From Sphyrna mokarran (lineage: Eukaryota): 64,000 nucleotides of DNA. Under the pieces are notes generated by a model. It saw only the letters and a list, made by a program, of their open reading frames with translations, searched no databases and was not told where the DNA came from. The position numbers and the translations under genes are program-made. Below are positions 13,528-25,328 of this stretch, one piece after another. Each line of letters opens with the position of its first letter. Position 1 is the first letter of the stretch. The stretch spans positions 5,890,001-5,954,000 of the forward strand of contig JAGIQG010000040.1 of the NCBI GenBank assembly GCA_024679065.1. The letters run 5' to 3'.

Positions 13528-15010
13528 CCGGGGCCTAATGACGTTTATCCCAGGCTGCTTAGGGAGGTGCAAGGTGAAATTGCTGGGCCTCTGACACAAA
13601 TCTTTGTCTCTTCCTTGGACACAGGTGAGGTCCCAGAGGACTGGAGAACAGCTAATATTGTACCGTTGTTTAAAAAGGGTAGTAGGGATAACCCTGGAAA
13701 TTATACGCCACTGAGTTTGGCGTCAATGGTAGGGAAGCTGTTGGAGGGGATTCTTAGAGATAGGATGTATAGGCACTTAGAGCGTTGCGATCTGATTAGG
13801 GATATGCAGCATGGATTTGTTAAGGGGAGGTCATGCCTTACGAATCTGGTAGAAATTTTTGAGGAGGTGACGAAAACGGTGGACGAAGGCCGAGCCATTG
13901 ATGTTGTCTATATGCATTTTATTAAGGCGTTTGACAAAATCCCTCATGGGAGGTTAGTTGAGAAGGTCAAGGCTAATGGGATACAAGGACAGGTAGCTAG
14001 ATGGATAAGTAACTGGCTTGGTAATAGGAGACAGAGAGTAATAGTGGAAGGATGTTTCTGTAGCTGGAGATCAGTCACCAGTGGTGTGCCACAGGGCTCG
14101 TTACTAGGACCTCTTCTATTTGTAATATATGTAAATGACTCGGAAGAGGGAGTAAGTGGAGTGATCAGCAAGTTTGCAGACGATACAAAGATGGCTAGAC
14201 TTGCGGATAGTGAGGAGCATTGTCAGGCGATGCAGCAGGACATAGATAGTCTGGTAGCTTGTGCAGATAGATGGCACATGGAATTCAATCCTGATAAATG
14301 TGAGGTGATGCATTTCGGGAGAAAGAATGTAGTGGGGAGGTATATGATAAAGGGTAGACCTATTAAGAGTATTGAAACGCAGAGGGACCTTGGGGTGCAT
14401 GTGAACAAGTCTCTGAAGGTGACAGAGCAAGTGGAGAAGGTTGTGAAGAAAGCATATAGTATGCTAGCCTTTATAGGAAGGGGTATAGAGTAGAGGAGCT
14501 GGCCTTTAATGTTGCAGTTGTATAAACTCTGGTTAGACCTCATTTGGAATACTGCATCCAATTCTGGTCACCTTACTACTGGAAAGACGTGGAGACTCTG
14601 GAGAGAGTGCAGAGGAGGTTTACCAGGATGCTGCCTGGTATGGAAGGTCTGAGTTACGAGGAGAGATTAGGCAAATTGGGACTGTTTTCCTTAGAAAGAC
14701 GTAGACTTAGAGGTGATCTGATAGAGGTGTACAAGATTATGAAGGGGATTGATAAAGTAAACACGGTTAAGCTTTTCCCTAGGATGGACTCAAATAGCAC
14801 GTGGGGTCACGGGCTTAGAGTGAGGGGGATAAGGTATAATTTGGATACTAGAGGGAGTTTTCTCACACGGGGGGTGGTGGGGGTATAGAATGCGCTGCCA
14901 AGTAAAGTGGTGGAGGTAGGTACTCTGGAGTAATTTAAGAAATACTTAGATGGGCACATGAACAGAATGGGAATGGAGGGGTACAGAAAACTGATTTAAA
15001 CTAGGGATCA
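13528..15010 (+). mobile_element. 5'-truncated CR1 LINE (RT domain), present only in GPCR unit 2
   Basis: RT ORFs 13567-14493 and 14544-14888 (QHGFVKGRSC, GVPQGS, FADDTK). It interrupts the older CR1 shared with unit 1. Confidence 0.92.
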
Positions 15011-15210
15011 TGAGCCTTTGGAGTCCCTGGGAAGTGTGTAAATAGATGATATTGATGTACTTGTTTTTATCCTACAGGTGCTTTGGTCCACCTTGTTGTC
15101 TAACGAGGGGCATACACGCGATGGGTCGTGAGAGGGCTGCTCTTGGATATTTTTCGAGAGTATCCTAGTGCTTCACGTCGTTAGTGTACGCTTGACCTGG
15201 ACCATTTGAT

Positions 15211-15537
15211 GGGCAACACGACAGCTCAGTGACTATCGCTGTGCTGTGCAGATACATGGATTTGGGCCTGTGTCTGTGGGAGTTTGCGCATTCTCCCCGT
15301 GCTTGCGTTGGTTTTCTCCGGGTGCTCCGGTTTCCTTCCACATCCCAAAGATGTGCTCTGAGGGTAATTGGCAAAACAAATTCTCCCTAAATTGTCTCAA
15401 ATTTGATTTTTATTGCATAGATCTATAAACATAGACAGGGATCACGGGTAGAGGTGGGAACATCGGGGTGGCGGCGCGGGCTTGTTGGGCCGAAGGGCCT
15501 GTTTCCCGAGCTGTTTTGTCCTTTGTTCTTTGTTCTT
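15211..15537 (+). mobile_element. V-SINE (HE1-like) with CR1-derived tail
   Basis: tRNA-like head, V-domain core (GGAGTTTGCGCATTCTCCCCGTG...CTCCGGTTTCC) and tail GAAGGGCCTGTT...(TTTGTTC)n. Confidence 0.8.
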
Positions 15538-16489
15538 GATGTTTATGCCACAATTGCTAAAAAAGTGTCCATATGAGTTCCTCAATACCATACTCATCTG
15601 ATCTGCTGCCTTCCAAGTAACTGTGAATAATTAACCGAAAAATCCCTCTGTTCTTCTGAGCCTCCTTGTGTCTTGCTATTACTAAATTCTCCCTTCTCTT
15701 GTTAATTCTTCTATTATCTAGCAATTATCAGCGTTAAATGACATCTGCCACTGTCTGCCATTTGGCGAACCCATCTACATTGTCCTGACAACTACAACCA
15801 TTTTTCTTTATTCTTAACCACCCGACCAACATTGGTTATCATTCTACATTATCATCCTATCATTTGCATAGATAACAGACAACAAGTGTCCCTTCACTGA
15901 TCTTTGTGGTACGCCACTAGACCTGACTTCCGGCCATTCAAGCAACCTTCTATGATGATATTTTGTTCACAATTACAAAGGCGTGTTTTGGATCTGCATT
16001 GAAAGGTTTCCCTAAATTCTAAGTGTTTCATCTTTGTCAATCAGTTCTCCCATGTGGGTCCTTATCAAAAGCTTTGCTAAAATCCATATAAATTACGTCA
16101 GTTGGACACTTCCATTGGCTAGGTAAACTGTCCGATATCCAACTACCTTGCTCTGACTTAACAGCAAAACAATAATATCACCTCATCGATTCACCCTTCC
16201 AAATGCCCATTCTCCTGCTGTTTTACGCTGATTGGACAGCAATCATTCAAACATCACTCTCTTGCAAAGTGGTTCTTCAATTCCGACAGTGCACCGGTGG
16301 AAAAGGCCTGAAAAATTGAGGTCACATTGAGGGCATGAGGTAACCAAAAGGAAGTGAGGTCACAGAGGCCACGTACATAAACACCTGGGGTTAAGAGTTA
16401 AATGTCGTATTGTCAATTTGGAGTCAAAATGGGATCGGGGATTGAAGAGGAACAGAAGTGTTATTAAGCTCCAGAATCAGTCTCAGCGA

Positions 16490-17060
16490 GAGGGAGGGAA
16501 GGAGAGATATCTAGAACGCAAATGAAACATCAGGATCAGACACCCAGAGAGAGATAAAGAAGGGGAGAGAGTGAGGTAGATCGAGACGTGCAGTGCGAAA
16601 GAAGTGTGAGGTAGGACAGAGAGGGTTGCAGGGAGCGAGAAAGGGGGCAGAGAAGGAAGCAAATAGGATTGCTATTTGAGGATGCAGTGAGAGAAAGAGG
16701 GCGCAGAGAGTGAGGAGACAGAGAGAGGGGGGCAGAGGGAGAGTGAGCAGAGAGACAGAGAAAGAGACAGATGCACTGACAGCGTGGGACAGTTAGAGAG
16801 GTAGAAGGAGAAGGTGGGGCAGTGAAACCAATGGAGCAGACAGCATGTAGAATGAGAGTGACAGAGAGAGAGGGGTTGAGAGAGATAATGGCACATGGAA
16901 AGAAGGGACAGAGAAACCATAGACATAAGGAGAGAAGTGGCAGAGGTAGTGGGAAAAAATAGATGCAGAGAAGAGAGAGACAGAAAGATAGCAGAGCGTA
17001 GGAGAAGGGAGCGAACTTTAGTGTGTGAGAGAAGTGGAAACAAAGCCGCGAAAATGGAGA
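16490..17060 (+). repeat. GA-rich polypurine tract (paralogue of 2930-3262)
   Basis: Purine-rich low-complexity sequence with the same flanks as in unit 1. Confidence 0.75.
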
Positions 17061-17314
17061 ATAATGCTGGTAATATATGCAGCAATATTTCAACTTCACA
17101 AATGAACTAAGTTTAGTATTTTAAAAACGGACAGAGACAACCCAAATAGTTGAGAATGCACAGCCAAACACTGACAGGAATGGCTGCAGGGTGTTTGTGT
17201 GAACATTGAACACCTCCCTGTGCTTATTGAAAAAAATAATTGTCAAACTATACAAAGACTGAATGCCATCCATGGTATTGACAAAATAACATGATACGTT
17301 GGATGTTAATTTCA

Positions 17315-18770
17315 TAGAAAACATAGAACATAGAAAAACTATAGTACAAACAGCCTATCATTTGCGCCGATCATATCACTACCTACTAGGCTTACCTATA
17401 ACTCTCAATCCTATTAAGTCCAATGTACTCATCCAGAAGTCTCTTAAAAGACCTTATCGAATTTGCCTCCAACACCACCAATGGCAGCCGATTCCACTCA
17501 CCCACCACCTTCTGAGTGAAAAACTTATCCCTGATATGTCCTTTATACCTACTCCCCAGCACCTTAAATCTGTTTCCTCTCATAACAACCATTTCAGACC
17601 TGGGAAAAAGCCTCTGAGAATCCATCCAATCAATACATCTCAACATCTTATACACCTCTATCAGGTCACCTTTCATCCTTCATCTCTCAAGAGAGGAAAG
17701 ACCTAGCTCCCTCAATCTATCCTCATAAGGCATGCCACCCAATCCAGGCCACATCCTCGTAAATTTTCTCTGCAATAGTTTCCATATCCCTCTTGTAATG
17801 AGGCGACCAGAACTGAGCACAGGACTCCAAGTGCTGTCTGACTAGAGTCTTAGAAAGCTGCAGCATTATCTCCCGACTCCTAAACTCAGTCCCTCGATCG
17901 ATGAAGGCCAGTACGCCTTCTTAACCATATCCTCTACTTGCGAGGCCAAATTAAGAGTCCTATGGACCCAGACCTCAAGACCCTACTGATCCTCTACACT
18001 GCTAAGAGTCTTACTTTTGATATTGTACCCCTTCATCCCATTTGGCCTGTCAAAATGGACCACCATACAGTTATATGGGTTGAAGTCCATCTGCCACTTC
18101 TCTGCTCAGTTTTACATCCTATCTTTGTCACGCTGCAACTTCTGACATCCCTCCAAACTATCCACAACACCAGCAACCTTCATGTTGTCGGCAAATTTAC
18201 CAACCCATCCTTCCACTTCCTCATCCACGTCATATATGAAAAATCACAAACAGCAAGGATCCAAGAATAGGTCCCTGGGAAACTCCACTGGTGACCTCCA
18301 AGCGGAAAAAACTCCATCTACAACCATTCTCTGCCTTCTGCAGACAAACCAGTTCTGGATCCACAAAACAACGTCTCCTTGGATCCCATGCAACTTCACT
18401 TCCTCAATAAGTCTTGCATGGGGGACCTTATCGAACTTCTTGCCGAAGTCCATATAAACCACATCTGCCGCTCTTCCTTTGTCAATGTGTTTAGTCGCAT
18501 TTTCAAAAATCTCAACCAGACTCGATCTGCCTTTGACAAAGCCGTGCTGACTAGTCTTGATCATACTATGCTTCTCTAAATGTTCATAAATCCTGTTTCT
18601 CGGGATTGTTTCCATCAACTTGCCAACCACTGAGGTTAGACTCACCAGTCGATAATTTCCCTTTCTTGAGTATAGGAAGCACATCCGCAACTCTCTAAAT
18701 CTCCGGAACCTCTCCTGTCTACATTGATGACGCAAAGATCATCGCCAGAGGCTCTGCAAACTCTTCTGTA
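17315..18770 (-). mobile_element. CR1 LINE 3' portion (degraded RT)
   Basis: NYRLVSLTSVVGK, QHGFVKGRS, GDLIEVYKML; (TTCTATG)-like tail at ~17315-17335. Confidence 0.88.
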
Positions 18771-19149
18771 TCTGAACCGTCACAGCTGGAAGGAGAGTCA
18801 GCGAAAAATGTTCTGTAGAGTTTCAGTGAATGTAGAATTGTGAAGGGGAAGGGTAAATGTAACACAGTGTAAGATGCAGTGCTTAGTTAATATTCAACAA
18901 TAAACATGAATTATTGTTCTTTTCCTCTCTGAGTTTAATGGTATGTTTCCGCTCGCATTCCAACCGGGAATCTTTCGTTAGGTAACTGAGGTAATCACTA
19001 CATTACAAAACCGATGCGTTTCCCCCACCCTAGAATGGGTGAACATGTAATTGAGGCCGTCTTTGCAGGTGTTGAAGCACCTTTCTCGAAGTTCAACTCA
19101 CGGAGATGATGAGCTCAGATGGGGTACCCAAATGAGCACTCAGATCATG

Positions 19150-20700
19150 TTGACAGGGATATTCGCAGACAACTTCAATCTCTCTTTACAGCGATTTGAA
19201 GTCCCTACCTGCTTCAAGAAGACAACCATCATTCCAGTACCAAAGAAAAACCAAGCAGCGCGCCTTCTTGATAATCATTCAGTGGCTCTGACATCCATCA
19301 TTATGAAGTGCTTTGAAAGGCTAGTCATGGCGTAAATCAATTGCAACCTCCCAGACTGTCTGGTTCCTCTAAAGTTCCTCTACCGCGGCAACAGGTCCTC
19401 AGTAGACACCATCCCCCTGGTCCTGGACTCAACCCTGTAACACTGGGGTAACAAAGGTACCTATGTCAGAATCCTATTCATTGACAAAAGCTCAGCCCTC
19501 AACACTATGATTCCCAAGTAAATCATCTCCAAACTCCGTGGCCTGGGCATCGTCTTTTCCCTCTGCGAACTTCCAAATCAGCAAAATGCAATCTGTAAGG
19601 ATAGGCAACAGCACCTCCTCCATGTTCATCCTCAACACCGATACCTGACAGGGTTGCGTTCTCGGCCCCCGACTACACTTCTTATAGACCTATGACTGTG
19701 TGACCAAATTCCCTTCCAATTAGTTTTTCCACTTTGCTGACGACACCACCGCAGTGGATTTGATCTCAGGCAATTATGAGACAGAGTACAGGAATGAGAT
19801 AAAGATTCTGGTGAACTGGTGTGGCGATAATAATCTCTCTCTCAATGTCAATAAAACGAAGGAGATTGTCATCGACTTCAAGAAGCATAGAGGAGAACAT
19901 GCCCCTGCCTACATCAAACGGGACGAAGTAGAAAGGATCGAGTACTTCATTTGGTTTTGCTTTCCAGATCACCAACAACCTGTCCTGGTTCCCTCATGCT
20001 GACATTATACTTAAGACAGCCCACCAACGACTTCACTGTCTCAGAAATGTTAGAACATTTGGCATGTCAGTTACGACTCTCACCAACTTTTATAGATACA
20101 CCACGGAGATTATTCTCTCTAGTTGTATCACAGCTTGGTATGGCTCCTGTTCTGCCAAAGATCACAAGAAACTACAAAGGGTCGAGAACGTAGTACAGTC
20201 CATCAGGTTGATTGGTGTAACAAATTATGCCTAAATTATCTCTCCAATCTGGTTTCCAATGTGGATTTCCATAAACATAAACAAGGGTCATGGGTACAAG
20301 TGGGAACAGTTAAAACGGCGGCGCGCGCTCGTTGGGCCAAGGGCCTGTTTCCCTTGCTATGTTGTTCTTTGTTCTTTAAACCAGCCTCCTATCCATTGAC
20401 TCTGTCTATACTTGCCGCTGCCTCGGCAAAGTAATCAGAATAATTAAGGATCCTACGCATCTTCCGTCGGGAAAAAAAATACAGATTCTGAGGTCACATA
20501 CCAACCGGCTCAAAGAACAGCTTCTTCCCTGCTGCCATTTAAATGGACCTCCCTCGCACAAAGTTCATCTTTCTCGACACCTTAGCTATGACTGTAACAC
20601 TAGATTGTGCACTCGTCCCTATCTTTCTCTATGTCTGATACGCCTTTTCTGTACAGCCCAAGCAACAATACGTCTCACTACATACCAATACATGTGACAA
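19150..20700 (+). mobile_element. Rex1/Babar-type LINE fragment with a nested SINE 3' piece (~20210-20378)
   Basis: PTCFKKTTIIPVPKK..VALTSIIMKCFERLV and WCGDNNLSLNVNKTKEIVIDF peptides. Confidence 0.8.
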
Positions 20701-21263
20701 AAACATATCAAATCATATCTACCCGAGGTGCTGCTTCCCTAGATAAGATACTTAACCTTCATCTAGATCGAGCGCTCTGATGCAAAGTTAAAATATGCCA
20801 TGGTCGCTATTTTAGAATGAAAAATGAACATTCTCCCCCACGTTTCTGAGCCAAAGTGTATAACTCACTTATCATAGTTGAAACACGAGGTTTTTTTTTG
20901 TATCTTTACCTCAAAGAAGTCTTGCCCTGGACACAACTTGTCTTGGCTAGGAGAGTTATTGGAATGGTATTTTTGATCACGAACTTCTCCAAATAATGGT
21001 CAGCTCACGCAGGGTGAAACTGATAGCAATTCTGCCTCACTCTGGGCCACTGGGGAAGAAGACCTCACAAATGTCCCCGAAATAAAACATTTAAAAAATA
21101 ATTTTACCGATCTTGCCCAGTTAAGTATTTATGGCAGTTTCCTAGTTTCCTTTGGTGGCGGTAATGTTGGAACGGCATTGTTCCATTCAAGTTGATGTTA
21201 AGAAACTCCACCTGTGAGTTACAGTCTGTGTGTCACTATCTTGTCACTAAAAATAATACAATG

Positions 21264-21281
21264 TCACCATCTGCTGGTGGC
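21264..21281 (-). promoter_or_regulatory. Candidate CTCF motif (reverse orientation)
   Basis: Minus strand reads GCCACCAGCAGATGGTGA, close to the core CCASYAGRKGGCRS. Motif match only. Confidence 0.4.
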
Positions 21282-22558
21282 TTTCATTTACTACAAGCGC
21301 TGCCCGTTGTGTGTCACAGAGAAATTCAGTCAGTCGCCGGCTGGACCTGTCGGATCCAAGTGGACCTGGGAGCCAGTTGCTAAAGTATGAATATTGAACA
21401 ACATTGCCAGGGATGGAAATTTGCAGCAGGAAGTCTGACAGCGCATTTGCCCTTTTGTCACCATCTACCCTCTGCGAAATTTGTTCCCCATTACCTATGG
21501 GAGATATAGTTTGGAAATTGCAGTTTGGGATTAATGTATACCACTTAGTGTATTTATCACATGTTAACTCCATCCAAACTTGTAGTAGGTGAAGGTGCTG
21601 TCTTTTGATGTATCAAGTTATTTGGAAATTAAATTGATCATGATATCTGGGCGACATAATATTAGTGGGCAAAAAAACCTGACAGATTAATGTTTTTCAA
21701 TTTTTTATTGAAATCAATCTCCGTTTGCGTTAATCCGTGCAAAATAAATGATTTTAGTAAAAGCATTTTGCCACCTCGAACAAGGAATTACAGAATTCTG
21801 CCGAATAACACACGCTTCATTTCAGATAACTATAAAGAATGGATAAATGTTATCCTTGTTTTAATTCTTGATAGTTAATTCTATTTATCCAATATGACGC
21901 CATAAAGAATGAATGAAACGTATTCACATCAGCATGAAACTTTGCAGAGTGCAACTGTTGTTGTGCTGCAAGCAGAGAGAAAATATTTTGCCCCATTCCT
22001 CCCTAAACTAAGCATTTTGTTCCAACCGTTACATTTTCAAACTTACCTGTGAAATGTGGAAATATTTTTGCTACTATTAACAGAGTTTTTTTATGGGGAA
22101 TTTTTGAAATGAGATTCTCAGACAAGTTAGATTTTCTAATCTCTGTATTTTCATGGCACTTCGAAAAGAAGGGCAGGACGATAGAGACAGAGACCAGAAG
22201 AAAGAGGGTGGAACCCTGAAGATGTCAGCAAGAGAAAGAGAAACAATCAGACTAAATAATTCTCTCTGACTCTCATTTATCGGTGCGCCACTTCGAATAG
22301 TACAGACAGACTGCCCTGAAAAGCAACCTCGGTTTCTGAGTAATGAAGCTAGTTCCTGATCTGGGTTACACTTTATATTAGTTTGAAAGAATCGACATAT
22401 CGAGGATAACCTATATTTTCTGCCGAACTCGAAAGGAATATTCTCCTTGTTCCGCACTGATTGTAATGTTCTTGCTGTGTATTGAGTCTCTGTGCAGTCA
22501 GTGTATTATTATTGTGTTTAATTTCTGATTTTTGGAGCACTCTGGATTTGTGTTACAG

Positions 22559-22846
22559 GAGATAATAGCGATGATTCGTTGTCCCAGGCTCCTTCTGAAT
22601 TAACAATTTAGGAAGGATAGGGCACAATACCGGACTGTGGTTAGTCAACAACCTATCGTGAACCAACCCTGTCCTGGTACACCCAGATCCTTCATACTCA
22701 ATAAGAATGCAGAGCAGATATTTATCTCAAGAGTTACTAGATTTTCTACTGTTTGCACAAAGGAAACAAAACTGCTCTTTTAAGTAATTTTCTCTCTGAC
22801 AACGCTCTGACACCACTGCTGATCGAGCGATTCCCGAACAAAACCC
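22559..22846 (+). pseudogene. TCR alpha/delta-type V pseudogene
   Basis: Acceptor TTACAG|GA, then GDNSDDSLSQAPSELTI*EG*GTIPDCG*STTYREPTLSWYTQ. Later RFST..SDTTA and a nonamer-like ACAAAACCC. Multiple stops and deletions. Confidence 0.65.
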
Positions 22847-22868
22847 CAGACTGGGAGTTCCAGTAAGC

Positions 22869-22885
22869 TGCCACCAGAGGGCGCT
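22869..22885 (+). promoter_or_regulatory. Candidate CTCF-binding site (consensus match)
   Basis: TGCCACCAGAGGGCGCT contains CCACCAGAGGGCGC, a full match to the CTCF core. Confidence 0.6.
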
Positions 22886-23329
22886 CTCACACCGATAAAC
22901 AAATTCACTCTCCACTGAGAGAATCACACGTGCCTTCCTTAAACATCAGGGCAGAAAACAACCTCAACAGTAGGAAAGGAACATTTGACGAATTATATTA
23001 CTTTATGTCAACGCAGTTGAGCTCGCTGATCTTCTTATATCTGAACTCTTTTGTTTAACGATTGTCTTTTGATCCAGTTTCCGTGCCTGTCAAGTATTCA
23101 ATTTTGCTGTTTCAGAGAAAGTGCATACACAATGAGGACATTTCACACGGAAGTGACTGTGACCTTTAAAATATGATGTGGAGAAACAGGTCATATACAG
23201 ACAAAAACTCAATTTACCAAGATAATTGTTGGGATGCGATCTTCACATGTAATCAAATCTTAAAGGTACAGAGAGTGTGAGTGGAGAGAGGGCCAAGCCC
23301 AAGTTAAAGAAATGTGTATTGTCTCCAGC

Positions 23330-23620
23330 CAGGAGAGTTAGTGAGATTTTCCAAGCCCAGGAAAGTCGTGGGGGTTACAGCTAGTGTGACATGAACCCAA
23401 GATGCTGGTTGAGTCCTTATGTGTGCGGAATTTGGCTATTAGTTTCTGCTCAGCGATTCTACGTTGTCGTGTGTCGTGAAGACTACCTTGGAGAACGGTT
23501 ACCCAAATTTCAGAAGCTGAATGCCCGTGACTGCTGAAGTATTCCTTGACAGAAAGGGAACACTCCTGCCTGGTGACTGTCGAGCGGTGTTCCTTCGTTG
23601 TAGCGTCTGAATGATCTCCT
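23330..23620 (-). mobile_element. Penelope-like (GIY-YIG region) fragment
   Basis: Degraded sequence resembling the C-terminal endonuclease region of chondrichthyan Penelope-like elements. Recognised from memory only. Confidence 0.4.
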
Positions 23621-24058
23621 CGCTGGTGTTGAGAAACTTCTTACTACCTTTAGAATAGATATTGAGAATAGAATCCCCCCAATGATCAGTAAACCTCAGA
23701 ACGTTCCCTTAATGCTGGAAGGTTTGTGTTACTATGAGTAACCCAGAATTTGCAGCTACTAATTAACAGAGCAGTGTTTCATTCCTGTAACATCATTTGG
23801 AACAGTGCACCCGTTCCCCTATCGAGATGCTGAATGAGCCCAGCTCGAACTGTTTTCTTTCAATATCAGCCAGCTCACTACTGAGAGATCTCACAGACTC
23901 ATAGAGACATAATGTCTAACTTAGCAGGAAACTGGAAATACTTGGATTGATCCCAGGTTAATGAGACCTCTTGTGTGGCTGACAGTCACATTGCGGTTGT
24001 ATTTGCCCACGATGTCGTGCAACCCGCAGCAAACAGGGGTTCAACTATATTTAAATGC

Positions 24059-24097
24059 CGTCCTTGTACAATAGTCAGACTGCTTTCCGTCACTGTG
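24059..24097 (-). other. 23-RSS of the 24 kb V pseudogene
   Basis: CACAGTG + 23 nt + ACAAGGACG (degenerate nonamer). Confidence 0.7.
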
Positions 24098-24685
24098 AGC
24101 CCCAGCGATAGCAGAGCAACACAGGGCAGCATCAATCAGCTACATACCCGAGGTAAACAAATTGATGAATATGCTCGGTGCCCGAAATTCTCCAAAGAAA
24201 CGGATATGTCTTCACCAAATATCGAGTTTTCCCTCAATATAAACACGGGCTGTGTACCTGGATATTGCCGGTATCACTATAAATTGTACAAAGAACAAAG
24301 AACAAAACAGCGTGGGGAACAGGCCCTTCGGCCCAACGATCCCGCGCCGCCACCTCGATGTTCCCACTTTTACACGCGATCCCTGTCCATGTTTATAGAT
24401 CTATGGATTAAAAACCAAATTTGAGACAATTTAGGGAGAATTTGTTTTGCCAATTAGCCTAAGAGCACATCTTTGGGGTGTAGGAGGAAAACGGAGCTCC
24501 CGGAGAAAACCCACGCAAGCACGGGGAGAATGCGCAAACTCCCACTGACACAGGCCCAAATCCATGTATCTGCACATTGTACTTGCTCATTGCAGCATGA
24601 TAAGCATAATTTAAAGTCTGTGTTTCTCCTTCCGTATTTAATTCTGAGGGCAGCGACTGAGTAATAGATTCTCCATGACTCAGAT
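24098..24685 (-). pseudogene. TCR V pseudogene split by a SINE
   Basis: DLSHGESITQSLPSELNTEGETQTLNY...YN [SINE] L**YRQYPGTQPVFILRENS...IDAA. Same family as the 46.6-46.9 kb V. A leader remnant lies at ~24794-24843. Confidence 0.8.
24290..24575 (-). mobile_element. V-SINE (HE1-like), 5'-truncated, with 7-bp TSD ATTGTAC
   Basis: Closely matches 15245-15537. ATTGTAC at 24283-24289 and 24576-24582. Confidence 0.85.
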
Positions 24686-25328
24686 CTTAAAAAATTGTCC
24701 GAACGGAGACAGATCTAACAGACTGAATACGCAAAATTCAGCTTTAAACTATGTTTATATAATGAAAGTAAATATGAAATGTGTTTGGTTCACAATTCCC
24801 CGTTAGGAATATTCCTCAAACAACCCAAATGCCGCATTGTCATTCTGCATCGGGGGGAATTGGATATTTGAAGACAAAATTTCCAAAATTCATCCTGTGT
24901 ATTTTGCCGCCTGCCGTGTCTCGGGAGGTTCTCACTGCATTTCCCTGTGTCCGGGGTGGTGCTGTGGGGTTAGTAGTTGGTGAGCTGGCTGCCAATGAAT
25001 GAATTCACCCTGAGCTGGGTTCAGCCAGTGTTCTGATCGGACGAAATGGTTTCCTAGGTAGACACGTGAGAAGACATTTGTAACCGGAAACATGGGGTTG
25101 CCGATGGGGTTTATTTATTCCAGCGTCAATTCTCTACCTCAGATTCCGGTAGAATCGATATCCGTGAGCGAGTCTCAGCTTCTTTCATCAGCTCGACAGA
25201 GGGACGCCTCAGTTGCAACTGGAGCGCGTTTGTGAATCCTCATTATTTCTTGTGATTATATCCACATCCCAGTTCGACGCTGAACTCCCTGGACAATTGC
25301 TTCAGCAGAAGTTCATGTGATCTGTAAA

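Noticed and set aside
24930-25260. Possible highly decayed V remnant (CVRGGAV.., EFTLSW, ERVSASF)
   Set aside because: Only scattered short resemblances, with no consistent frame or RSS.
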